DNA of 64,000 nt from Dehalococcoidia bacterium (GTDB lineage: Bacteria; Chloroflexota; Dehalococcoidia; Lucifugimonadales; UBA3495): NCBI GenBank assembly GCA_965203195.1, contig OZ241860.1, positions 210,774 through 274,773 of the forward strand, in the 5' to 3' direction. Of this stretch, positions 36,212-44,652 are shown one piece after another; the first letter of the stretch is position 1; each line of letters starts with the position of its first letter. The notes under the pieces were generated by a model. It did not search any database. It saw only the letters and a program-made list of their open reading frames with translations, and was not told the origin of the DNA. A program made the translations under genes and the position numbers.

Positions 36212-36985
36212 TTAATCGATAAGCGCAAGCGACGCCTCCAGATAGGCCTGCGCCGCGCCGATGTCCAGCCGGTCGTTCCCATCCCGCAGCCGCCCTTCGG
36301 CGTCAATGCTGATAACGCTGCCCCAATCCGGCAGCAGGGGCGCCAGCAGCGCGGCTAGGTTGCCGGCGTGCAGGCCGCCGGCGGCGACCAGGCCCAAAGC
36401 CGGGGCGGCGGACGCTATCGCACCCAGATAACGAGCCGTCCGTTCCGCGTCCAGAGGCTGTCCCAGACCTTCCGATGCGTCCACCAAAACATCGGTGATG
36501 ATGCCGGCGTAGGCGGCGCAGCGGCGGGCGATTTCCGCCGGGTTATGCTCCGCCGCGGCTGTGGCTTCCCGCCCCACTTGCAACACGATGCGCCGGGGCC
36601 GGCGGCGTTCCCGGTATTCGGCCAACGCCGCCGGTTCCGGCCAGGGCGCGCCGCGGGTGGCGTTAATCTGGACGCCATGGCAGTTGGGGCCGCCGATGTC
36701 GGACACGCGGGCCAGGGCGTCGGCCAGGTTGGCGCCGGCGCGGGGGCGGTAGTGAACCAGGTTGAGGCAGCGCGGGTCGTCGGCAAAGATGCCGGCGATG
36801 GCGTCCGGCGGCGGGCAGCGGTTGGGCGCAGCGCTGGGCTGCCCGGACAGCAGGGCGTTGCTCAACAGGACGCCGCACATCAGCAGCCGCGCCGGACGCT
36901 CCGGCAATGCGCCGATGACGGCGGCCACTTCATCCGCCGTGGTGAACCCGGTAATTCCGATGTAAGGCGCGGGCGTGGTCATCAT
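36212..36985 (-). CDS. TIM-barrel protein resembling phosphoribosylanthranilate isomerase (TrpF-like), function unknown
   Basis: 257 aa. IGITGFT near the N-terminus, VDASEGLGQPLD in the middle, and AAGGLHAGN...SIDAEGRLRD near the C-terminus parallel the TrpF layout (ICGIT / D.SGGTG / LAGGL / DVSSGVE). No other trp genes are nearby. Confidence 0.5.
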   Translation of the reverse strand: MMTTPAPYIGITGFTTADEVAAVIGALPERPARLLMCGVLLSNALLSGQPSAAPNRCPPPDAIAGIFADDPRCLNLVHYRPRAGANLADALARVSDIGGPNCHGVQINATRGAPWPEPAALAEYRERRRPRRIVLQVGREATAAAEHNPAEIARRCAAYAGIITDVLVDASEGLGQPLDAERTARYLGAIASAAPALGLVAAGGLHAGNLAALLAPLLPDWGSVISIDAEGRLRDGNDRLDIGAAQAYLEASLALID

Positions 36986-38637
36986 CAGACGCCGGCCAGT
37001 CCCAGCTTTTCGGCGGCCATCTGCCGCAGCAGGTATTTCTGCACCTTGCCGCTGGAGGTCATCGGGTAATCGTCAACGATGAGCAGATGGCGGGGAATCT
37101 TGAAGCTGGCCATTTTGCCGCGGCAGAAATCGGCCACATCGGCGGCGGCGATGGACAGACCCGGCTCAACCACCACGCAGGCGCAGGCGACTTCGGAAAG
37201 GCGGGCGTCCGGCACGCCGATGACCTGGGCCTTGCTGACGGCAGGATGCTGCAACAGGAATGCCTCTACTTCGGTGGGGTCAACGTTTTCGCCGCCCACC
37301 TTGAGCTGGTCTTTGTAGCGACCCAGGAAGCGGACGCTGCCGTCGGCGCGGATGGCGCAAACGTCGCCGGTGTGGAACCAGCCGTTGGCGTCAATGGCGG
37401 CGGCGGTGGCCTCCGGGCGTTTGTAGTAGCCCTGCATCAGGGCGTAGCCGCGCACGCACAGCTCGCCCATCGTGGACGGGGGCAGCGTGTCGCCGGTGTC
37501 GGGGTCAATGACCTTGAACTCATAGCCGGGCAGAGGGTGGCCGCTTTCCGAGCAGCGGTCGTCCACCGGGGCGTCCAGAAAAGTGCGGGTGGCGCCCACG
37601 CCCACCTCGGTCATTCCCCAGGCCGACAGGGTGGGGCCGAACTTTTGCTGCGCCAGCCGGGCCACGGGTTCGCTGCTGGACATACCCACCGCCAGCAGGA
37701 CGGTACGCAGGCTGCTGCGGTCGGTTTCGGCTACGGCGGGATGATGGCAGAGGTCGTAGAAGTGGGAGTCAAAGCCGTTCATCACGGTGGCCCGCTCCGA
37801 CTCCAGCAGGCGCAGGGTTTCGCCGGCGTCAAACATTGTGGTCAGCACCATACGCGCGCCCGCAACCCAGGACATCAGCGGCCCTTCGTAGAGGCCGAAG
37901 CAGTGGAACAGGGGCAGGTACATCAGGATGACATCCCGCGCGGACATCCCCATCCGGTTGGCGGCGTCGGTGATGGTGCGGATGGGGTTGTGGCAGTGCA
38001 TTACGCCTTTGGGGAAGCCGGTAGTGCCGCTGGTGTACATCAGCAGAAAGGTGTCGTCGGGATGGACGGCCTGCTCCCGCCGGGCCAGTTCGGAGGCGGG
38101 GACTTCGCCGGCGCCGGCCAGCAGCGCATCCCAATCGGTGACACCCCGGGCGATGGCGCCGGCGGGCCGTTCCGCGCCGATGACGATGACATTGCGGAGG
38201 GCGGGAAAGGCGGCGGGATGCAGGGCATCGGGATTGCCGCCATCAATCTCCGGGGCTACTTCCCGCAGCATTGTCAGATAATCCACGGGGCCGGATTTGT
38301 CCATCAGAACCAGGGCGGCGGAGTCGGAATGATTGACCAGATACTCCATATCGCCGGTGCGAAAGCGGGTGTTGATGGGAACGATGATGGCGCCGATTTT
38401 GGCGATGGCGCCGAACAGGAAGAGCCATTCGGCGCGGTTGGGCATCCATACGGATACCTTGTCGCCAGGGCCGACGCCCAGGCCGATGAGGGCGCGGGCC
38501 ACCCGGTCGGTTTCGGCGCGGAACTCGGCGAAAGTCCAGCGCCGGCCCTGGTGCATCAGGGCTTCGCGGGGGCCGTGCCGGGCGGCGGCCTGGTTAATCA
38601 GGTCGCCAACGGTCTGCTTGTGGAACCAGTCGGACAT
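36985..38637 (-). CDS. AMP-dependent acyl-CoA synthetase/ligase
   Basis: YTSGTTGFPKGV AMP-binding motif, GWFHTGD, and C-terminal SSGKVQK. The start at 38637 is preceded by GGAGG. Its stop overlaps the start of the TrpF-like gene (TGATG). Confidence 0.88.
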   Translation of the reverse strand: MSDWFHKQTVGDLINQAAARHGPREALMHQGRRWTFAEFRAETDRVARALIGLGVGPGDKVSVWMPNRAEWLFLFGAIAKIGAIIVPINTRFRTGDMEYLVNHSDSAALVLMDKSGPVDYLTMLREVAPEIDGGNPDALHPAAFPALRNVIVIGAERPAGAIARGVTDWDALLAGAGEVPASELARREQAVHPDDTFLLMYTSGTTGFPKGVMHCHNPIRTITDAANRMGMSARDVILMYLPLFHCFGLYEGPLMSWVAGARMVLTTMFDAGETLRLLESERATVMNGFDSHFYDLCHHPAVAETDRSSLRTVLLAVGMSSSEPVARLAQQKFGPTLSAWGMTEVGVGATRTFLDAPVDDRCSESGHPLPGYEFKVIDPDTGDTLPPSTMGELCVRGYALMQGYYKRPEATAAAIDANGWFHTGDVCAIRADGSVRFLGRYKDQLKVGGENVDPTEVEAFLLQHPAVSKAQVIGVPDARLSEVACACVVVEPGLSIAAADVADFCRGKMASFKIPRHLLIVDDYPMTSSGKVQKYLLRQMAAEKLGLAGV

Positions 38638-38925
38638 AGGGACGCTACCTCCGGCGGACAATGACAATAAGGGGGGCAACGAGGCGATGTATTGGTCAGT
38701 GGTGAATGTAGCGTTTTATGCGGGCGCCGGCAAGCGGCACGCACGCGGGAACGCCGGCCAACGCCGGCCGGCCCGGCAATGACGCCCCTCAATTTGCTTC
38801 CTCTGCTGCTGACGGACAGGTCTGGCCATATGGCGACGCCGGGCATACGCCAGCCGGGCATACGCCAATGGGGGCGACAGGCGCCGGGCTGATGCGGCGG
38901 GCGGCCTTCCAGTCAACCTTCTGTG

Positions 38926-38955
38926 TTGACGCTGCGGGCGGTGGCTGCCTATAAT
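38926..38955 (+). promoter_or_regulatory. Sigma70-type promoter candidate
   Basis: TTGACG (38926-38931), an 18-nt spacer, then TATAAT (38950-38955), upstream of the 39000 ORF. Confidence 0.4.
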
Positions 38956-38999
38956 TCCGCGCATCATTCTACCTACGGATTGGCGAGGTGTTCCAGGCG

Positions 39000-39302
39000 A
39001 TGAATCTGAAAACCGGACAGCGTTATGTCGGCCCCGGCGGCGCCGAGATGATTGTCAGCAAGGCCAGCGGCGCGGGCGATTTGACCGATGGCGACATTCC
39101 GTTGCAAATCAAAGGCCCCGATGTGGATTTCGGAGGCGCGGCAACCGCAGAGGACGCGCCGGAAGTCACTATGGGCAAGCGGCTGACTTCCGCCGACGGC
39201 AGTGTATCGGTGCTGATCACCAAGGCGGGCAAGTGCGATTTGCGGCTCAACGGCGCGCCTATGGAATTGCAAGAAGCCAAGCAGCTGCCGTCGTCCGACT
39301 GA
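39000..39302 (+). CDS. Hypothetical small protein
   Basis: MNLKTGQRYVGPGGAEMIVSKASGAGDL... It may instead start at GTG 38988. No Cys ligands and no recognised family. Confidence 0.4.
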   Translation: MNLKTGQRYVGPGGAEMIVSKASGAGDLTDGDIPLQIKGPDVDFGGAATAEDAPEVTMGKRLTSADGSVSVLITKAGKCDLRLNGAPMELQEAKQLPSSD

Positions 39303-39552
39303 CTGGCGGCGGACTGATGACGGAATGACTGGCGCGGCGCGGCGGGTGGGGCAAAAGACCTGCGCTCCCCATAGGCAGCTAATGCGCTGCTGATGAGCGC
39401 GGTTGCCGATGTCCGGCCGGTGCCGGGCATATTCAGGCGGGCGGTCTTTCCGGCCAGCGCGCCGAAGCCGGCGCAGGGGCTGGCCGGCTTCGCCCGAAGT
39501 TGCCGATTGTCCTGCGCCGGCGAATGTTGTACCATCGAGGTGCCCTTCAAAT

Positions 39553-39589
39553 CCGGCCGGCCCGTCCACTTGGGGCCGCCCGGCCTTTT
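39553..39589 (+). terminator. GC-rich hairpin followed by a T-run (terminator or attenuator candidate) in the thiolase leader
   Basis: GGCCGG (39555-39560) pairs with CCGGCC (39580-39585), with inner CCC/GGG pairs, followed by TTTT (39586-89). It sits 36 nt upstream of the thiolase ATG. Confidence 0.35.
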
Positions 39590-39624
39590 CAATTCAATGG
39601 AAGTTCAACTACGGGAGTTCAACT

Positions 39625-40797
39625 ATGGTCAGCACCGCACGCGAGCGCGACATCGCCATCGTCGGCGTCGCCGAATCGGATGTTATGGGCAACGTTCCCA
39701 ACAAGTCATCCTTGCAGCATCACGCCGAAGCCGCCCACAACGCCCTGGCCGACGCCGGCCTGAAGCTGTCGGACATCAACGGGCTGATGACGGCCGGCTT
39801 CAGCACCCTGGCCACCGCCGAATACTTCGGGTTGCAGCCCTCTTTCACCGACAACACTTCGGTGGGCGGTTCCTCTTTCGTCATCCATGTGGCCCACGCC
39901 GCCGCCGCCATCCGCGCCGGGTACTGCGACACTGTGCTGATTACTCACGGGCAGGCCGGACGCTCCACCCGCGTTCCCGTGCCGCCGGACCGCAACCTGC
40001 CGGTGGCCCAGTACGAAACGCCCTACGGGATGATCGGACAGCCCATCAACTACGCCATGGCCTGCACTCGCTATATGCACGAGTACGGCGAGGAACGCAC
40101 CCGCCAGGCGCTGGCCGAAATCGCCGTCGCCACCCGCAAGTGGGCCAACCTGAACCCGGTGGCCTATATGCACGGGACGCCGATGTCCTTTGACGATTAC
40201 CACAACTCCCGCTGGGTGGCCTGGCCCTTCCACCTGTTTGACTGCTGTCTGGTGACCGACTCCGGGGCGGCGATTATCGTGACCACGGCGGAGAAGGCGC
40301 GGGACTGCCGCAAGGAGCCGGTGTGGGTGCTGGGCGCCGCCGAGGGCCACGACCACAACCTCATCAGCTTTATGCCCGACCATACCTCCACCTGGTCGCG
40401 GCAAACCGGGCCGCTGGCGCTGGAACGGGCCGGGCTGACCCACGCCGACATTGACCACACGATGATTTACGACTCGTTCACCTACACCACGCTGGTGACC
40501 ATTGAGGGCCTCGGGTTCTGCGGGCCGGGCGAGGGGCCGGATTTCGTGGCCAACCAGCGCACGGCGCCCGGCGGCGATTTCGCCCTGAACACCAACGGGG
40601 GCGGCTTGTCGTACAGCCATCCGGGGATGTACGGCAGCTTCCTGCTGGTGGAATCGGTGCGGCAGCTGCGCGGGGAATGCGGGGAACGGCAGGTGTACCG
40701 CAAGGGTTCCGGCGACCGGCCGGCGGCTACCGGCATCGTCAACGGCACCGGCGGTTCGCTTTCGTCCACCGGCACGGTGGCGCTGGCCACGGGCTAG
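39625..40797 (+). CDS. Thiolase-fold protein (SCP-x/lipid-transfer-type thiolase-like)
   Basis: From ATG 39625 (GGGAG upstream): RDIAIVGVAESD...LMTAGF...GGSSF...FDCCLVTDSGAAIIV...NTNGGGLSYSHPG is the pattern of non-condensing thiolase-like proteins. Confidence 0.85.
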   Translation: MVSTARERDIAIVGVAESDVMGNVPNKSSLQHHAEAAHNALADAGLKLSDINGLMTAGFSTLATAEYFGLQPSFTDNTSVGGSSFVIHVAHAAAAIRAGYCDTVLITHGQAGRSTRVPVPPDRNLPVAQYETPYGMIGQPINYAMACTRYMHEYGEERTRQALAEIAVATRKWANLNPVAYMHGTPMSFDDYHNSRWVAWPFHLFDCCLVTDSGAAIIVTTAEKARDCRKEPVWVLGAAEGHDHNLISFMPDHTSTWSRQTGPLALERAGLTHADIDHTMIYDSFTYTTLVTIEGLGFCGPGEGPDFVANQRTAPGGDFALNTNGGGLSYSHPGMYGSFLLVESVRQLRGECGERQVYRKGSGDRPAATGIVNGTGGSLSSTGTVALATG

Positions 40798-40859
40798 GCC
40801 GCCAGTCATTGCCGGGCAGTCATTGCCGGGGAAGCGTACCACCGGGAAGGAGCGCTACA

Positions 40860-41324
40860 ATGGAAACTGTCAAGACGGCAGCCGAAAAGTACTGGATAAT
40901 CTACTACCTGGTTTATCTGGGCCTGTCCGGCGCCGGCCTGTGGCGCTACTGGCCCCGCCTGCTGTGGTACTGGCGGCAGCCGGTGATGCAGGACGACAGC
41001 ATATATCTGCTGGCCGCCATTTTCGGCACGGCGGCCGGCATTGCCCTTGGCATCGCAATCTCACTGGAGGTAGGTGGTCGCATGGTACTGCTAATCCCGG
41101 CAGCGGTGAAAAAACTCAAGGCGGAGGGCCGCAAGGAAGGCCGGAAAGAAGGTCGTAAGGAGGGCCGCAAGGAGGGTCACAAGGAAGGCCGTATGGAAGA
41201 ACGGCAGCGCACCAGGACCGTGCTCGCCAATTTGGCCGCGCCGGCCGGTGGGGAGCCGGTGTTGCTTACCCCGGAGGAAGTCATGAAAATTCTGCAAGAC
41301 GCGGAGGAGAGCAACCGTTCCTAG
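40860..41324 (+). CDS. Membrane protein with C-terminal (EGRK)n tandem repeat
   Basis: ATG 40860 preceded by GGGAAGGAG. Two hydrophobic segments (YWIIYYLVYLGLSGAGLW; IYLLAAIFGTAAGIALGIAISL), then six 12-nt repeats (about 41124-41195) encoding EGRKEGRKEGRKEGRKEGHKEGRM. Confidence 0.6.
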   Translation: METVKTAAEKYWIIYYLVYLGLSGAGLWRYWPRLLWYWRQPVMQDDSIYLLAAIFGTAAGIALGIAISLEVGGRMVLLIPAAVKKLKAEGRKEGRKEGRKEGRKEGHKEGRMEERQRTRTVLANLAAPAGGEPVLLTPEEVMKILQDAEESNRS

Positions 41325-41338
41325 CCGTAGCATAGTCC

Positions 41339-41602
41339 GCCGGCCGCCATTTTCGGCGCGGCGGCCGGCGTTGCCCCTGGCATCGCAATCTTACCGGAGG
41401 CAGGTGGTCGCATGGTATTGCTGATCCCGGCGGCGGTGAAAAACTCAAGGCGGAAGGCCGAGAGGAAGGTCGCAAGGAAGAAAGCCAGCGCATCAGGGCT
41501 ACGCTCGCCAATTTGGCCGCGCCGGCCGATGGGGAGCCGGCGCTGCTCACCCCGGAGGAAGTCATGAAAATCCTGCAAGATGAGGAGGATCGCAACTCCT
41601 AG
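41339..41602 (+). pseudogene. Truncated, frameshifted tandem copy of the 3' two-thirds of the preceding membrane-protein gene
   Basis: Aligns with about 41013-41324 of the intact gene. The A-run is A5 instead of A6 (GTGAAAAACTCAAGG vs GTGAAAAAACTCAAGG), which breaks the frame. The EGRK repeat is contracted and the N-terminal part is missing. Both copies end ...TAGCCG. Confidence 0.6.
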
Positions 41603-41608
41603 CCGCTT

Positions 41609-42700
41609 ATGGAAATCGCAATCATCGGCCTGCCCCAATCGGGCAAAACCTCCCTGTTCAACGCCCTGACGCAGGGCAAATCCGACGCCAGCGGCGTGGC
41701 CGGCAGCGCCGCCGAAATGCGCCGCGGCGTGGTCAAGGTGCCCGACCCGCGCCTGGACTACTTGGCCGGCATCTACCGCCCCCGCAAGGTGGCGCCGGCC
41801 GAAATCCGCTATACCGACCTGCCTGGCCCGGAGAGTATGGCGAAATCCCGGGGCATCAGCGGGCGCTACCGCAACATATTGCAGTCGGCCACCGCCTTCC
41901 TGGTGGTGGTGCGCGCCTTTGAGAACGAAGCCGTTCCCCATCCCTCCGGCGGGGGCAGCCCGGCCGGCGATCTGGAGACGATGCTCGCCGAACTGTCCTT
42001 CGCCGACCTGGAGGTTTTGGAACGCGCTACAGACCGCCTGGCCGACCAGATCAATAAAACCAAACCCGCCGACCGCCCGGCGGTGGCCCGGCATCAGGAC
42101 GCCGTAGCCAAAGCCCGCGCCGGCCTGGAGAACGGCGTACCCGTCCGCCGGCAGTCCTTTACCGACTCGGAGCGTGCCGCGCTGCTCAACTACCAGTTGC
42201 TTACCGAGAAGGAAGTTATCGCCGTGTTCAACACCGGCGAGGACGCCGGCGCGCTGTCCATTGCCGACCTGGACGTTGACGCCGAACTGGCGCGTGGCGT
42301 GGGGGAAGTAAGCATCAGCGCGCGCCTCGAGGCCGAGCTGGCCCTGATGGACACCGCCGAAGCCGCCGAGTTCCGCGTCGACCTGGAGCTGGGCGCATCC
42401 GCCACCGACCAGGTTATCCGCGCCAGCTATGATACGCTGGGGCTGGTGTCTTTCCTCACTGTGGGCCCCGACGAAGTGCGCGCCTGGAGCGTGCCGGAAG
42501 GCATCCCCGCCGTGGCCGCCGCCGGCGTCATCCATACCGACTTCACCCGCGGCTTCATCCGCGCCGAAGTCATCGCCTACGACGATTTCTACGCCTGCGG
42601 CAGCATGGCGCAGGGCCGCAAAGAGGGCCGCCTGCGCTCCGAAGGTAAAACCTACCCGGTGCGCGACGGCGACATCATCAACTTTCTGATTAATACCTGA
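41609..42700 (+). CDS. ychF: Redox-regulated ATPase YchF (Obg-like)
   Basis: GLPQSGKTSLFNALT P-loop and a C-terminal TGS/DUF933 region (IHTDFTRGFIRAEV...GKTYPVRDGDIINF). Confidence 0.92.
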   Translation: MEIAIIGLPQSGKTSLFNALTQGKSDASGVAGSAAEMRRGVVKVPDPRLDYLAGIYRPRKVAPAEIRYTDLPGPESMAKSRGISGRYRNILQSATAFLVVVRAFENEAVPHPSGGGSPAGDLETMLAELSFADLEVLERATDRLADQINKTKPADRPAVARHQDAVAKARAGLENGVPVRRQSFTDSERAALLNYQLLTEKEVIAVFNTGEDAGALSIADLDVDAELARGVGEVSISARLEAELALMDTAEAAEFRVDLELGASATDQVIRASYDTLGLVSFLTVGPDEVRAWSVPEGIPAVAAAGVIHTDFTRGFIRAEVIAYDDFYACGSMAQGRKEGRLRSEGKTYPVRDGDIINFLINT

Positions 42701-42704
42701 CGCA

Positions 42705-43268
42705 TTGACAATGACAATGACGATGCCCACCGCCCAAACCGGCGCCGTTGCCATCCGGCGGTTCCGACCCGACGACGCTCCGGCCGTGCGCGACCTGTTC
42801 GCGCATGCGCAGGATGATTTCGTGTCCAGCTACCTGCACACCGAGGCGGACCGGCAGGGGTTCCGCGAGTATGTGGACGGCGCGCTGACCCACGACCTGG
42901 CGGACATCGGCCACAGCTACCTGGAACGGCCCGGCAGCAATTTCTGGATTGCGGAGCTGGACGGGCTGCCCGCCGGCTGCCTGGGCGCCTACCGCCGCAG
43001 CGGGGCCGAGGCCGAAATCCGCCGCTTTGCCGTGCGCCGGGAGGCCAGGCGGCGAGGCATTGCCGGGCGGCTGCTGGACACTGCCGAGGTTTTCTGCCGG
43101 GACGCCGGCTACGCCCGCGTCATCGTTTGGACCAGCAACCATATGACAGCGGCCATCGCTTTCCTGGAACGGCGGGGCTACCGGGAGGTGGAGGAGCACG
43201 CCTTCCCGCACACCAGCCTGACGCTGTACCTGTACGAGCGGGAGCTAGCCGACAACCCGGCAAGGTGA
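42705..43268 (+). CDS. GNAT-family N-acetyltransferase
   Basis: IRRFRPDDAPAV... and the acetyl-CoA motif RRFAVRREARRRGIAGRLL (Q/RxxGxG/A). Confidence 0.8.
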   Translation: MTMTMTMPTAQTGAVAIRRFRPDDAPAVRDLFAHAQDDFVSSYLHTEADRQGFREYVDGALTHDLADIGHSYLERPGSNFWIAELDGLPAGCLGAYRRSGAEAEIRRFAVRREARRRGIAGRLLDTAEVFCRDAGYARVIVWTSNHMTAAIAFLERRGYREVEEHAFPHTSLTLYLYERELADNPAR

Positions 43269-43275
43269 CCGGCAT

Positions 43276-43304
43276 TTGACACAAACGCCGGGTTTGCTTA
43301 TACT
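43276..43304 (+). promoter_or_regulatory. Near-consensus sigma70 promoter upstream of ptuA-like gene
   Basis: TTGACA (43276-43281), a 17-nt spacer, then TATACT (43299-43304). AAGGAGG follows, 7 nt before ATG 43327. Confidence 0.5.
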
Positions 43305-43326
43305 GGGCGGCAAGGAGGTTGTTCTG

Positions 43327-44652
43327 ATGCACGTTACCGGCATGACGATAAGCGGGATTCCCCCGTTCACGGAGACGGTGGAGTTCAAATTTGATGAACG
43401 GGTCAACCTGTTCATCGGCCCAAACGGGTCGGGAAAATCCACTGCCCTGCGGATATTGCAGGCTCGCACTACGCTGGACGAAAGATTTGACTTCCAGCTG
43501 AGTGAGGATTGGCAGCAATCATCGCTGGTACCTTGGATGGCCGCGCGCGCTCGGAGTACGGTCAGGCTTTCGTCAGGGCCGACGCAAAAAGAAGAATCCA
43601 ACATGGTGCCGTGGATGTATGTTCCGGCGCTTCGCCTCAGCTTGCCACTCAGCGGCGACACCGGTGCTATGCACCCCCTGCAATCGCCTGAGGCTATGGT
43701 GGTATTTGATGGCGAAGAGATCGAGCCGAACCCGATTGGAGCACTACATCACTCGTTGTCCAAATATCGCTTTGACGGTATCATAATTCAAAGGTACTGC
43801 AAAATGATAACTGACTTGTTCAGGACGAACGAGGCACATTCCAATGCCATTGCACGGCATCAATTTGTCACAAAGGTGGCGTACGAATGCTCTCAGAGCA
43901 TATGCCACGATATTTTGTCGTCGAACAATGTCCCATCTGGCTATATGTATGATCAAGTCGTGGGACATGATTTTGCAGTCCCTAGCATACTTGACTATAT
44001 GGGTATAACACACACGGGCACAAGCGGTGACTTGATCTTCGCTGGAGACTTGAGTGCCGGCACTCAAGCGACTCTTTTGTGGATTTGGTATTTGGCCATA
44101 GAAATGGCTGACTTCTACCGAAACTACGCGGATTGGAGCACCAGGCCAGCCATCCTGCTGATTGACGAAATTGAGAACCACCTGCACCCCAGCTGGCAGC
44201 GGCGCGTCATACCGGCGTTGTTGGAACATTTTCCGGGGTTGCAGATTTTCGCCACTACCCACTCGCCATTTGTGGTGGCCGGGCTGCGTACCGGGCAGGT
44301 GCATCTGCTGAACCGGGACGCTGGCGGCGTGATTACGGCCAGCTCCAACGACCGGGACATCATCGGCTGGACGGCGGACCAGATACTGCGAACCTTTATG
44401 GGGGTTGACGAGCCTACCGACCAGCTTACCGTCGACCGGAACAACCGCCTGCGGGAGTTGCATAGCAAGGCATCCCTTACCGCGGAGGAGGAAGCCGAGC
44501 TGAACGACCTGCGCCGTCAGGTAGGCGAAAGTTTCCCGCTGAACCCGGTTGACCCGCAGCTTGATGCCCAGCGGGAACGCTACTCGGATCTGATGGAGCG
44601 GTTTCTGCGCTCCCGTATGTCCGACGCCGCGCCCGACAGCGGCGAGGCATAA
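43327..44652 (+). CDS. ptuA: Septu PtuA-like ABC/AAA_21-type ATPase
   Basis: Walker A FIGPNGSGKST, Walker B LLIDEIENHLHP, H-loop ATTHSPFV. Visibly lower GC than the flanks. Paired with an HNH gene, as in Septu. Confidence 0.75.
   Translation: MHVTGMTISGIPPFTETVEFKFDERVNLFIGPNGSGKSTALRILQARTTLDERFDFQLSEDWQQSSLVPWMAARARSTVRLSSGPTQKEESNMVPWMYVPALRLSLPLSGDTGAMHPLQSPEAMVVFDGEEIEPNPIGALHHSLSKYRFDGIIIQRYCKMITDLFRTNEAHSNAIARHQFVTKVAYECSQSICHDILSSNNVPSGYMYDQVVGHDFAVPSILDYMGITHTGTSGDLIFAGDLSAGTQATLLWIWYLAIEMADFYRNYADWSTRPAILLIDEIENHLHPSWQRRVIPALLEHFPGLQIFATTHSPFVVAGLRTGQVHLLNRDAGGVITASSNDRDIIGWTADQILRTFMGVDEPTDQLTVDRNNRLRELHSKASLTAEEEAELNDLRRQVGESFPLNPVDPQLDAQRERYSDLMERFLRSRMSDAAPDSGEA

Noticed and set aside
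41110-41200. CRISPR-like or other non-coding arrays: the 12-nt EGRK repeats, the 49640-49960 Pro/Thr repeats, the 55200-55980 periodic ~111-nt units, and the 21575-21800 63-nt units.
   Set aside because: All of them lie in frame within convincing CDSs and encode protein repeats. There is no repeat-spacer architecture and there are no cas genes.
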